NCBI GenBank assembly: GCA_002692425.1
Contig: NZKB01000009.1
Span: 1-43,797, forward strand
Source of the DNA: Gammaproteobacteria bacterium
GTDB taxonomy: Bacteria > Pseudomonadota > Gammaproteobacteria > Magnimaribacterales > TMED112
Length of the DNA: 43,797 bases
Direction: 5' to 3'
Shown: piece after piece, positions 9,242 through 18,287 of the stretch
Layout: each line of letters starts with the position of its first letter
Position numbering within the stretch: the first letter of the stretch is position 1
Notes under the pieces: generated by a model
Told to the model about the DNA's origin: nothing
Databases searched by the model: none
Seen by the model: only the letters and a program-made list of their open reading frames with translations
Made by a program: the position numbers and the translations under genes

Positions 9242-10313
9242 CAATAAATTCCTCTATTTCAATATTAAAACCTGATAGTCCACTATATTTTGTGGGGGTT
9301 CCCAAAACTTTAATTTTGTTCAGTCCAATTGATCGTAAAATCTGTGAACCAATACCGATAACTCTTCGATTCCTTTTTGGCTCAACATTTTCATCTTTTA
9401 AATTTGAAAGCCAGTAAGTTTTTGCATCTCTATGATTGATTAAGACAAAAACCCCTGTTCCTTCATCAGCTATCTTTTGTAATGATTTTCTAATTGACCA
9501 TTTTTTGCCAATTTCATCTATACCCAAAGTATCTTGAAGTACGCTTTGTGTCTGGACTCTAACCATTGGCACATCTATCTCATCTGGAGATCCTTTTGTT
9601 AAAGAAAAATGATATTCATCAAAGATTACATCCCTCCAAACGTTTAACTTGAATTCTCCAAATTCTGTTGTTACGTCTTTTGTATGAACATTTTCAATAG
9701 TAGATTCTTTGGAGAGTTTGTAATCAATAAGGTCGGCAATAGTTCCAACCTTTAAATTATGTTTTTCTCCAAATTTAAGCAGATCATCCCTTCGAGCCAT
9801 AGTACCATCGTCGTTCATTATTTCGCAGATTACACCAGCTGCTGAAAAGCCAGCTAATGAAGCTAAATCACAAGCGGCTTCAGTATGCCCGGCTCTTGCC
9901 AGAACTCCTCCTCTCATAGCTTGTAATGGAAAGACATGACCAGGTTGGACGATGTCGTCTTTAGAGGCATCAGCATTTACAGCAGTCAGAATTGTATGAG
10001 CTCTATCCTTTGCCGAAATTCCTGTAGTTATACCTTCCTTGGCTTCAATTGAAACTGTGAACGCTGTACGATTACTTGCCTTATTGTTGTTAGTCATAGG
10101 TCGTAAGTTTAGTTTTTCACATTTTTCAGCATCTAAAGCTAAACATATTAGGCCTCGACCATTTGTTGCCATAAAATTCACAATTTCAGGTGTAATTGCT
10201 TCGGCGGCACAAATTAAATCACCCTCATTCTCTCGATCTTCATCATCTAAAATGATGACCATTTTGCCTTTTTTTAAATCGGCAATTACATCCTTTATCT
10301 CATCTTTGTTCAT
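9234..10313 (-). CDS. ribBX: 3,4-dihydroxy-2-butanone-4-phosphate synthase fused to a degenerate, cysteine-free GTP cyclohydrolase II-like domain (RibBX type)
   Basis: The N-terminal half carries DHBP synthase motifs (DDEDRENEGDLI, GHTEAACDLA). The C-terminal half aligns to GCHII in length and position. It has no cysteine at all, reading VRVQTQSVLQDTLG where RibA has VRVHSECLTGD...CDCG. Confidence 0.88.
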   Translation of the reverse strand: MNKDEIKDVIADLKKGKMVIILDDEDRENEGDLICAAEAITPEIVNFMATNGRGLICLALDAEKCEKLNLRPMTNNNKASNRTAFTVSIEAKEGITTGISAKDRAHTILTAVNADASKDDIVQPGHVFPLQAMRGGVLARAGHTEAACDLASLAGFSAAGVICEIMNDDGTMARRDDLLKFGEKHNLKVGTIADLIDYKLSKESTIENVHTKDVTTEFGEFKLNVWRDVIFDEYHFSLTKGSPDEIDVPMVRVQTQSVLQDTLGIDEIGKKWSIRKSLQKIADEGTGVFVLINHRDAKTYWLSNLKDENVEPKRNRRVIGIGSQILRSIGLNKIKVLGTPTKYSGLSGFNIEIEEFIDE

Positions 10314-11299
10314 TTTGTAAAAATACTTTTTAAATCTCGGTCAATTGTATACGAAGATTTAAGATTAAAATTAAATTTATCAATTCCCGCTTTGTCTTCA
10401 AACCAAGGGACACCGACATCTCCTAGATTATTTGGCGATTTATATTCAACTAACTCATCGCACAAGTCTTCTTTTAGAAATGCTCTTACTAATTTTGGTC
10501 CAGCTTCAACTAAAACAGAATTTATATCCTGCTGGGCTATGTTATTAATGACTGTATGAAGATTTTTTTCTGCAATTAACTCTACGTCAGATGTTTGGAA
10601 AAAATCTATACCTCTATTCCATTCATTTTGAGAAGTTAGTAGAAGTTTTTTGGGTTGATTCAAGGCGAAGTCTACGCGAGCATTCATTCTGGGTTTATCG
10701 TTTCTAACTGTATTCCCGCCGGTTAAGATAGCATCATGTTCTGCTCTGATTAATTGGACATCTTCTCTAGATTTCTTCGATGTTATCCATGTAGTACTAC
10801 CATCCTTACTATGAGATTTACCATCAGCTGAACTAGCAATTTTAATTGTTATGAATGGTCTTCTATTTAAGTGCTTGAAAAAAAAGAACTTATTCAATTT
10901 TTTCACCTTATCTTCAAGCACGCCTTGAACTACCTCTATGCCTGCATCCTGAAGTTTTTTTATTCCCATTCCAGCTACTTTAGGATTTGGATCTAAACTA
11001 CCAATAATTATCTTTTTAATTCCTGAAGCAATAATTTTTTCGGTACATGGACCAGTCTTGCCTTGATGATTGCATGGTTCAAGAGAACAAACCATCACAT
11101 GTTCATTAGTAATTGGTTCCTTTAATGCCTGAAAACAATTTATTTCCGCGTGAGCTTCACCATATTTTTGATGCGCACCTTCTGAAACTATTTGATCACC
11201 TTTAAGAATTAAAGCACCAACCATTGGGTTTGGTTTTACAAGATATTTGAAAGGCATAGAAATCTCTATAGCTCTTTCCATGAGCGATGTATAGTTCAT
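10310..11299 (-). CDS. ribD: Bifunctional diaminohydroxyphosphoribosylaminopyrimidine deaminase / 5-amino-6-(5-phosphoribosylamino)uracil reductase
   Basis: The deaminase zinc motif is present (HAEINC ... CSLEPCNHQGKTGPC), followed by a C-terminal reductase domain. The ATG at 11299 overlaps the nrdR TGA by 1 nt (TGATG). Confidence 0.92.
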   Translation of the reverse strand: MNYTSLMERAIEISMPFKYLVKPNPMVGALILKGDQIVSEGAHQKYGEAHAEINCFQALKEPITNEHVMVCSLEPCNHQGKTGPCTEKIIASGIKKIIIGSLDPNPKVAGMGIKKLQDAGIEVVQGVLEDKVKKLNKFFFFKHLNRRPFITIKIASSADGKSHSKDGSTTWITSKKSREDVQLIRAEHDAILTGGNTVRNDKPRMNARVDFALNQPKKLLLTSQNEWNRGIDFFQTSDVELIAEKNLHTVINNIAQQDINSVLVEAGPKLVRAFLKEDLCDELVEYKSPNNLGDVGVPWFEDKAGIDKFNFNLKSSYTIDRDLKSIFTK

Positions 11300-11751
11300 C
11301 AATTTTTTGAAAGTTCAGAGACTTCATCGGCGAAGTCTTTGATATCTTGAAAATCTTGATAAACAGAGGCAAATCTTACATAGGCGACTTGATCTAGATC
11401 TTTTAATTGGTTCATTACTTGTTTTCCTATCACCTGAGCTTGTATCTCCCTTTCTCCAATTTTTCTTACGTAGTCTTTAATATTTTGTAGGGCATTTTCA
11501 ATTTGATCAGAAGATACTGGTCTTTTTTCAAGGGCTTTGTGCAGTCCTGCTCTTAGTTTTTCTTCGTCAAATGGTTCGCGCCTTTCATTTGATTTTATGA
11601 TTCTGGGCATTACAAGTTCTGCTTCTTCATAAGTAGAGAATCTTTCCCCACAGTTTAAACATTCCCTTCTTCTTTTAATTTGAGAACCATTGGCTACTAA
11701 TCTTGAATCGACTACTTTCGTTTCTTCATGTGTACAAAATGGACAAAACAT
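11299..11751 (-). CDS. nrdR: Transcriptional repressor NrdR
   Basis: It has an N-terminal zinc ribbon (CPFC ... CLNC) plus an ATP-cone. Length is 150 aa. The nrdR-ribD adjacency is conserved. Confidence 0.95.
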   Translation of the reverse strand: MFCPFCTHEETKVVDSRLVANGSQIKRRRECLNCGERFSTYEEAELVMPRIIKSNERREPFDEEKLRAGLHKALEKRPVSSDQIENALQNIKDYVRKIGEREIQAQVIGKQVMNQLKDLDQVAYVRFASVYQDFQDIKDFADEVSELSKN

Positions 11752-13016
11752 TATTTATAAACAGGAAATCTACTGCATAACTCCTTTACCTTATCCTTTA
11801 CTATACCAAGTTCATCAGAGTTTTCTTTATTTTCTATCGCATCACAAATTAAATCGACTACCTGTTTTGCCTCATCGTTCTTAAAGCCCCGTGTTGTCAT
11901 AGCTGGTGTACCAATACGAATTCCAGAAGTTACAAACGGAGATTCAGGATCATTCGGAATTGAATTCTTATTTACTGTAATATTTACAGTGCCTAGAAGT
12001 TCTTCAGCTTCTTTTCCAGTAACGTTTTTATTTCTAAGGTCCATTAAAATCAGATGATTGTCTGTATCTTTTTGGACTAAATTAAATCCTCTAGTTATGA
12101 AATGTTCACACATGGTCTTAGCATTTGTAATAATTTGTTTTTGGTATTCTTTAAAATCATTTGTCATTGCTTCTTTAAAACACACAGCTTTAGCAGCTAT
12201 CACATGCATTAATGGTCCACCTTGTGATCCAGGAAACACTGCAAAATTTAATTTTTTTTGAAATTCCTCGCCTTCGTTAGACAAAATAATACCTGATCTT
12301 GGTCCTCTTAAAGACTTATGTGTTGTGCTTGTGACTACATGAGCAAATTCCATAGGGTTGGGATAAACTCCTCCAGCAACTAAACCTGATACATGCGCCA
12401 TATCGACCATGAGAAACGCTCCAACTTCATCGGCAATATCTCTAAACAGTTTCCAATTGGCAATCCCCATAAAAGCAGAAAATCCAGCTACAATCATCTT
12501 GGGTTTATGTTCATGCGCCAATTTTCTTATTTCTACATAATCAATATCGCCTGTTACTTCATCTAAACCGTACTGAATTGCGTTAAAATTTTTGCCGGAA
12601 AAATTTACTTTCGATCCATGAGTTAAATGGCCTCCTTGATCTAGAGCCATGCCTAAAAAAGTATCTCCAGGCTCCATAAGAGCTAGAAAAACTGCGGCAT
12701 TGGCTGATGCACCTGAATGTGGCTGGACGTTTGCAAACTTTGCGTTAAAAAGTGTTTTTGCTCTTTCAATGGCCAGAGTTTCGGCACCATCAACGTGCTC
12801 ACATCCCCCGTAATACCTTTTATTTGGATAGCCTTCAGCATATTTATTGGTTAAAACACTACCTTGTGCTTCCAATACTCTTTTTGAGGCATAGTTTTCA
12901 GAAGCAATTAATTCAATGTGTTCTTCTTGTCTATTCGATTCAGCTTCTAAGAATTTAGACAGATCAGCGTCGTAGTCTGATATTTTTTGATTTTGTGTTT
13001 TTATAAACTCGTTCAT
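11751..13016 (-). CDS. glyA: Serine hydroxymethyltransferase
   Basis: 421 aa with LIASENY, the [15 protein letters not shown]-lysine motif and [11 protein letters not shown]. Confidence 0.97.
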   Translation of the reverse strand: MNEFIKTQNQKISDYDADLSKFLEAESNRQEEHIELIASENYASKRVLEAQGSVLTNKYAEGYPNKRYYGGCEHVDGAETLAIERAKTLFNAKFANVQPHSGASANAAVFLALMEPGDTFLGMALDQGGHLTHGSKVNFSGKNFNAIQYGLDEVTGDIDYVEIRKLAHEHKPKMIVAGFSAFMGIANWKLFRDIADEVGAFLMVDMAHVSGLVAGGVYPNPMEFAHVVTSTTHKSLRGPRSGIILSNEGEEFQKKLNFAVFPGSQGGPLMHVIAAKAVCFKEAMTNDFKEYQKQIITNAKTMCEHFITRGFNLVQKDTDNHLILMDLRNKNVTGKEAEELLGTVNITVNKNSIPNDPESPFVTSGIRIGTPAMTTRGFKNDEAKQVVDLICDAIENKENSDELGIVKDKVKELCSRFPVYK

Positions 13017-13669
13017 TATGGTTTTTTATGTATAAATTTCGATTTTCTATTTGGGTAACAGCTCGTACAAATTGGACATTCTAGACCGAAACAGCTTCTT
13101 GCAGAACAATATTTCCTTGCGTACATGATAATTTGTATATGAAGTTTATTCCATTCTTCAATAGGGAAAAACTTTTTTAAATCTCTTTCAGTCGTTGCAA
13201 CATTCTTTCCAGAAGTTAATCCCCATCTCTGTGCACATCTGTGAATATGAGTATCAACTGGAAAGGATGGGATGCCAAATGCTTGTGCAACTACTACAGA
13301 TGCAGTTTTATGACCAACACCAGGTAATTTCTCCAAAAGGGCAATTTCTTGAGGCACTTTGCCTTGATATTCTTTTACTAGTATCTCGGAAAGTTTTTTT
13401 ATAGCTTTTGATTTTTGCGGCCCTAAGCCACATGGCTTAATGATTCTATAAATAGTATCTTGGCTTAATCTACTCATTTTTATTGGGTTTGAAGCCTTTT
13501 TAAAGAGTTTAGGAGTTATTAGATTTACTCTTTCATCGGTGCATTGTGCTGACAACAAAACAGCTATCAATAAGGTATATGCATCCTTATGATCGAGTGG
13601 CACGTCTGGATCAGGAAAATGTCTATTTAATAGACTGATAATTTTTTCTCTTTTCTCGCTTTTTCTCAA
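13016..13669 (-). CDS. nth: Endonuclease III (HhH-GPD DNA glycosylase/AP lyase)
   Basis: Motifs [13 protein letters not shown], the Hh[20 protein letters not shown] and a C-terminal Cys cluster are present. The start is TTG (no in-frame ATG nearby). The N-terminus aligns in length with E. coli Nth. Confidence 0.9.
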   Translation of the reverse strand: MRKSEKREKIISLLNRHFPDPDVPLDHKDAYTLLIAVLLSAQCTDERVNLITPKLFKKASNPIKMSRLSQDTIYRIIKPCGLGPQKSKAIKKLSEILVKEYQGKVPQEIALLEKLPGVGHKTASVVVAQAFGIPSFPVDTHIHRCAQRWGLTSGKNVATTERDLKKFFPIEEWNKLHIQIIMYARKYCSARSCFGLECPICTSCYPNRKSKFIHKKP

Positions 13670-13738
13670 TGTTTCAAATGTTTGCTTACCAAGTTAATTG
13701 TTATATTATATTGGGATAAATATCTTATGGGAGAGTAT
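13670..13738. promoter_or_regulatory. Divergent control region between nth and the TonB-dependent receptor gene
   Basis: This 69-nt gap is the only non-coding DNA between two divergent genes, so both promoters must lie in or around it. GGAGAG at 13730-13735 is an SD-like element before the ATG at 13739. I could not pick out a convincing -35/-10 pair or a Fur box. Confidence 0.45.
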
Positions 13739-16714
13739 ATGAGATACATACTATTATTATTAGTTCTGCTAGTCAGTTCTTTCTCTTTTGCTCAAGAAGA
13801 TTCTGAATCCGTTGATACAGAAAATATTGAGGAAGTTGTTACTTCAGCTTTGAGAAAAGATACAGCACTACAGGATACGGGTCTTGCTGTCACAGTGTTA
13901 ACTGCGTCAGATATCGAATCTAAGAACCTGAAGGAATTTTATGACTTTCAATTTAATGTTCCAGGCGTTCTTTTTAACAAAACAAACTTCTCTGGAGCTG
14001 GTGTGCAGATTAGAGGTATTTCCAACTATGCTGTTGGTGGTTCTTTTTCAGCTGTTGCAACTCCGAGACAGGACGACATCAATATGGGCACTCTTCAAAT
14101 GGCACAAAATGAGCTATTTGATCTTGCTAGTTTTGAAGTCTTAAGGGGTCCTCAAGGGACACTATATGGCGGTAACAATCCTGGTGGTACTTTCTTGATT
14201 AGAAGTATTGATCCTGGAGATGATGCGGATGCTTACCTCAAAGCAGAATTTGGTGATAAAAATCTAGAAAGATATTCTGGTGGTATGACTTTTGGTGCTG
14301 GTGAAAGCATGCGAACAAGATTGTCATTCAGAAGCACTAAAAGAGATGGTTACACTGAAAACTTATTTGATGGCTCAGATATCGACGATAGAGATCTTCT
14401 AGGTGTCAGAGTAAAAACAATTTGGGATATATCTGATGAAACCTCATTAAAATTCACAATGATGCATAACGAAGAGGAAGACTCAAGATTAAGACACCAA
14501 AATGCAGCTTGTAATGCAAATTTATTATTAGGGTGTGACCAGTGGGGAGATGGCCTTCCTGATAGAGGTACACCACACTCAGGTGTTGGTGCTTTTGCTT
14601 CAATCGATTACCTAACACTAAACTATCCTGGTAATATTGTTCAGCCAAGCTTACTGTTAGGCTTTAATGATGGTGCGGTTATTCCAACTGATCCTAATGA
14701 AGTTTTTCAATCTTTAAATCCAAAGTTAAAAAGATTTGATAATAGTGCTAGTTTAGTGCTTGATCATATGATCAATGATGATTACAGAATGTTTGTTACT
14801 TACGCTTGGATAGACCAAGAATATTCACATAGTCAATCTCTAAACGGTGTTGTAGGCACAAGAGATTATAGAATGGGACCAATTCAAGCAAATGTTTTTG
14901 GAACAGAGCGAAATTTTACAACTACAGAAGAAGCGGATGAATCAGAATCAAATTATGTCAGCAAACAATTTGAAATCAGAATTCAATCCATGCTTGATAG
15001 TGCTACTAACGGTACTGGTGGTTTATATTTTGAAGAATCAGACTCTCAAACAAACTATAAAGTTACCTCTCCTGGTATGCAGTATTATTCTGATGTCAGT
15101 AAAGGGCCTATAGGTGGTTTATTCCCAGATTTAGGTGGTTATGGTGGTTTAGGTTTCTGGGCAACGTATTTCGTTACTTACGGTGCTGTTGCTGAGGCTA
15201 ATATAACCAATGGAGTTGTTGCAGCTGCAACTGATTATGTAGCCAATGATCCAACAACACCAGCACAGATCGGTGCTTTAATTCCTCAGTTGTTAGCGGC
15301 TGGGCAATGTACAAATCCAGCAGGTGACTGTGTTGCTTTAGCACAGCAAGTCCTCGTTGGAAATGCTGCACAATTACCTCAAATTGTCGGAGCAGGTACC
15401 GTTGCAGGTGTAACTCAATCTCATACAGATGCAGCTAATCAAGTTAGGTTTGTAGCAGGACTTCCAATACCAACTGTTTTAGCAGCTGGCTTGTTCCCTG
15501 TTCTCCCTGCTTTACCTGAGTGGCAGCAACAGTTTCAATCTTGGAATAACACAAAAAATGATACTTTTGGTTTATTTGTAGAAACTAATACTGAGTTATC
15601 TGAGGATCGTTGGTTTGATAATCTAACATTAGGTGGTAGATTCAATAGAATCACAATAAATGACTTCATTTTCTCAGGTATTACAGATATTTCACAATCC
15701 TTAGCTGGGTACAATGGATCAATTCAAGGTTTTCCAAATCCACCTGCGCAAACAGTTGATTTAGATGAATTTACTGGAAGAGCTATATTGGATAAGAAAC
15801 TAGATGACGGCACACTTTTATACCTCAAATTTGATAGAGGTCTAAAATCAGGTGGTTTCAACCCAACATTAAACTTGTTACCAGGTGAAAATCAATCTTT
15901 AGTTGATGAAGAAATTCATAATATCTTTGAGGTTGGTACCAAAGGAACATATCTGGGTGGCGCATTGACATTAAACTCTGCAGTTTACTGGAATGCTGTT
16001 ACAGGCATGCAACTTAATAAAATTATTGGTTTAGCATCACAAACTTTTAACTCAGATGTAAATGTTTCTGGGTTTGAACTTGAAGCGGTGTTTGTACCAA
16101 ATGCTTTTTCCAGATTTAATTTTGTTGGATCTCTGAATACATCTGAGCTTGATGGTTATGAAGATTATGACCCAAGAAACCCATATGGGATTACTTCTGT
16201 TGACTTAAGTACAGTGGGAGAGTCACAAGGTGTTGTGTATGGAAATACAAACGTAGGTATGATCTATAGAAGCTTAGGTAGCACATGTAACCAACCATTT
16301 AATGCTTTGCTTGGACCAGATTGTCCAAACACTGGCTTTAATATTCAAGATCTTACCGGTAGAAAGCTACCAGGTGTGCCTGATATGTCTTTCTCAATCG
16401 GTGGTGAAGTTGATCTAATGAATGATGAAAATGGTCTACTTACAGCTAGATTAGATTATATCTATAGAGGTGACTTCTATCTAACAGTATTTAACAATGA
16501 TCATGAATTAGTTGATGAATTTGACTTCATGAACTTTGATTTAACATATCAATCTCCAGACGGAAAATGGATGGTAGATTTATATGTTCATAATATTGAA
16601 GATAAAGATATTGTTACGGGTGCTTTCGTAGGTTCCAGTCAGAATGGAGGTGGTTATAACCTTTATCTACAAGAACCAATGAATGGAGGTATATCCGTAC
16701 AATATAACTTCTAA
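13739..16714 (+). CDS. TonB-dependent outer-membrane receptor
   Basis: It has a signal peptide (MRYILLLLVLLVSSFSFA/QED), a TonB box (IEEVVTSA), a plug motif (FEVLRGPQGTLYGG) and a long beta-barrel ending in the aromatic terminus SVQYNF. The start is moved from the track's TTG at 13682 to the ATG at 13739, which has the SD and the signal peptide. Confidence 0.92.
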   Translation: MRYILLLLVLLVSSFSFAQEDSESVDTENIEEVVTSALRKDTALQDTGLAVTVLTASDIESKNLKEFYDFQFNVPGVLFNKTNFSGAGVQIRGISNYAVGGSFSAVATPRQDDINMGTLQMAQNELFDLASFEVLRGPQGTLYGGNNPGGTFLIRSIDPGDDADAYLKAEFGDKNLERYSGGMTFGAGESMRTRLSFRSTKRDGYTENLFDGSDIDDRDLLGVRVKTIWDISDETSLKFTMMHNEEEDSRLRHQNAACNANLLLGCDQWGDGLPDRGTPHSGVGAFASIDYLTLNYPGNIVQPSLLLGFNDGAVIPTDPNEVFQSLNPKLKRFDNSASLVLDHMINDDYRMFVTYAWIDQEYSHSQSLNGVVGTRDYRMGPIQANVFGTERNFTTTEEADESESNYVSKQFEIRIQSMLDSATNGTGGLYFEESDSQTNYKVTSPGMQYYSDVSKGPIGGLFPDLGGYGGLGFWATYFVTYGAVAEANITNGVVAAATDYVANDPTTPAQIGALIPQLLAAGQCTNPAGDCVALAQQVLVGNAAQLPQIVGAGTVAGVTQSHTDAANQVRFVAGLPIPTVLAAGLFPVLPALPEWQQQFQSWNNTKNDTFGLFVETNTELSEDRWFDNLTLGGRFNRITINDFIFSGITDISQSLAGYNGSIQGFPNPPAQTVDLDEFTGRAILDKKLDDGTLLYLKFDRGLKSGGFNPTLNLLPGENQSLVDEEIHNIFEVGTKGTYLGGALTLNSAVYWNAVTGMQLNKIIGLASQTFNSDVNVSGFELEAVFVPNAFSRFNFVGSLNTSELDGYEDYDPRNPYGITSVDLSTVGESQGVVYGNTNVGMIYRSLGSTCNQPFNALLGPDCPNTGFNIQDLTGRKLPGVPDMSFSIGGEVDLMNDENGLLTARLDYIYRGDFYLTVFNNDHELVDEFDFMNFDLTYQSPDGKWMVDLYVHNIEDKDIVTGAFVGSSQNGGGYNLYLQEPMNGGISVQYNF

Positions 16715-16734
16715 GACATAAGATTTTATATAAT

Positions 16735-16763
16735 AAAACCTCTGCTTCGGCAGAGGTTTTTTT
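16735..16763 (+). terminator. Rho-independent terminator after the TonB receptor gene
   Basis: The sequence is AAAACCTCTGC-TTCG-GCAGAGGTTTTTTT. It forms a 7-bp GC-rich stem (16739-16745 / 16750-16756), extendable by A:T pairs. It has a C(UUCG)G tetraloop and a 7-T tract (16757-16763). Confidence 0.85.
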
Positions 16764-17078
16764 ATGGAATTTAAAACAATCAATAAATATCTTGAAAACT
16801 TAGTAAATGCTTTAAGAGAAGAAAACGAAGCTAATACTGAGATGCTAGATAATTTTTACACTTATTTAGAAACGGATGATAAGAAATACCTGAAATTAGC
16901 AAATAATCAACTGAGAGAAATATTGAAAGGTGCAGGGTTTGGGGTGCTTTTGGTTTTACCTTTTTCACCAATAACTATTCCATATTTGCTCAAAAGGGCA
17001 CAAAAGCTGGGTATTGATATTATTCCAGCCTGGTACAAAAAACTTGATTTAAATGATGATGAAAACAAGTTAAAATAA
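16764..17078 (+). CDS. Small hypothetical protein (104 aa) with one central hydrophobic segment
   Basis: The ORF exactly fills the space between the terminator T-tract and the thiolase RBS, and its codon usage resembles neighbouring genes. It has an acidic helical N-terminus and then GAGFGVLLVLPFSPITIPYLLKRAQKLGIDIIPAWY. No family was recognised with confidence. Confidence 0.6.
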   Translation: MEFKTINKYLENLVNALREENEANTEMLDNFYTYLETDDKKYLKLANNQLREILKGAGFGVLLVLPFSPITIPYLLKRAQKLGIDIIPAWYKKLDLNDDENKLK

Positions 17079-17096
17079 TTTTTTCCGGAGATAAAA

Positions 17097-18287
17097 ATGA
17101 AAAATGTCGTAATAGTAGATAGTATAAGAACAGGTTTAGCCAAATCTTTTAGAGGTACATTTAATATGACCAGAGGAGATGACATGCTTTCTCATCTAAT
17201 TGACGAAGTGTTAAATAGGAATCCCAACCTTCCTGCTGATGCAGTAGAAGATGTCATTATGGGGTGCGGTAATCCTGAGGGTGCCACAGGTCATAATATT
17301 GGAAGAAATTCTGTAATTATGTCTAAATTACCTATTACTGTTGGCGGTACAACCGTTAATAGATACTGCTCATCAGGACTACAAACTGTTTCTATGGCTG
17401 CCGGCCAGATTATGGCAGGTGGGTATGATACTGTGATTGCTGGCGGTGTTGAATCTATCTCTATGACTCAACCGAACATCAATATGAATGGATTTGTTAA
17501 TGACAAAATTAACGCAGAAAATCCCGGCATATATTTTCCCATGGGTACAACAGCTGAAGTTGTAGCTAAAAGATATAACGTCTCAAGAGAATCTCAGGAT
17601 GAATACTCTCTTCAAAGCCAATTAAGAACTGCAGAAGCACAAGCAGCTGGCAGGTACGATGATGAAATTGTTCCAATGAAAACCCAAATGCTTTTAACCA
17701 ATAAAGAAACAGGAGAGCAGAAAGTTGTTGATGCTGAGTGCGTCAAAGATGAATGCAATAGACCTACAACAACAATAGAAGGTTTATCAGCTCTCAAACC
17801 TGTTTTTGATGAGAATGGCAGTGTAACAGCTGGTAATTCTTCACAAATGTCAGATGGAGCATCAGTTACTTTAGTAATGTCTGAAGAAAAAGCTCTGGAA
17901 TTAGGTTTAAAGCCAAAAGCTTACTTTCGAGGTTTCACAACTGTAGGTTGTAATCCAGACGAAATGGGAATAGGACCTGTTTTTGCTATTCCTAAGTTAT
18001 TAGCTCAAAACAATCTAGCTATCGAAGATATAGGTTTATGGGAACTTAACGAAGCTTTCGCTGTTCAAGTAGTTTATTGTAGAGACGAATTAGGAATTCC
18101 AATGGATAAACTGAATGTTGATGGTGGTTCAATAGCAATTGGTCACCCTTTTGGTATGACAGGATCAAGACTTACTGGGCATATTATACGAGAACTCCAA
18201 AATAGAGAACAACAATTTGGAGTTGTGACAATGTGTGTTGGTGGCGGAATGGGAGCAGCAGGTCTGTTTGAGCGATATCCCTCTTAG
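17097..18287 (+). CDS. Acetyl-CoA C-acyltransferase / 3-ketoacyl-CoA thiolase
   Basis: Motifs NRYCSSGLQ (nucleophilic Cys), NEAFAVQ, GHPFGMTGSR and CVGGGMGAAG are present. GGAG at 17087-17090 lies 6 nt before the ATG. Confidence 0.93.
   Translation: MKNVVIVDSIRTGLAKSFRGTFNMTRGDDMLSHLIDEVLNRNPNLPADAVEDVIMGCGNPEGATGHNIGRNSVIMSKLPITVGGTTVNRYCSSGLQTVSMAAGQIMAGGYDTVIAGGVESISMTQPNINMNGFVNDKINAENPGIYFPMGTTAEVVAKRYNVSRESQDEYSLQSQLRTAEAQAAGRYDDEIVPMKTQMLLTNKETGEQKVVDAECVKDECNRPTTTIEGLSALKPVFDENGSVTAGNSSQMSDGASVTLVMSEEKALELGLKPKAYFRGFTTVGCNPDEMGIGPVFAIPKLLAQNNLAIEDIGLWELNEAFAVQVVYCRDELGIPMDKLNVDGGSIAIGHPFGMTGSRLTGHIIRELQNREQQFGVVTMCVGGGMGAAGLFERYPS

Noticed and set aside
13682-13738. The ORF track gives a longer N-terminus for the TonB receptor (TTG at 13682, MLTKLIVILYWDKYLMGEY...).
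   Set aside because: The extension precedes a textbook signal peptide that begins at the ATG at 13739, which has GGAGAG just upstream. The extension would bury the signal peptide and remove all promoter space.
9242-13738. I looked for FMN, TPP, glycine/THF or cobalamin riboswitches ahead of the rib genes, thiL, glyA and the TonB receptor.
   Set aside because: There is no leader space. The rib, nrdR and glyA genes overlap one another, thiL overlaps the thiolase, and the receptor leader is at most 69 nt, too short for these aptamers.
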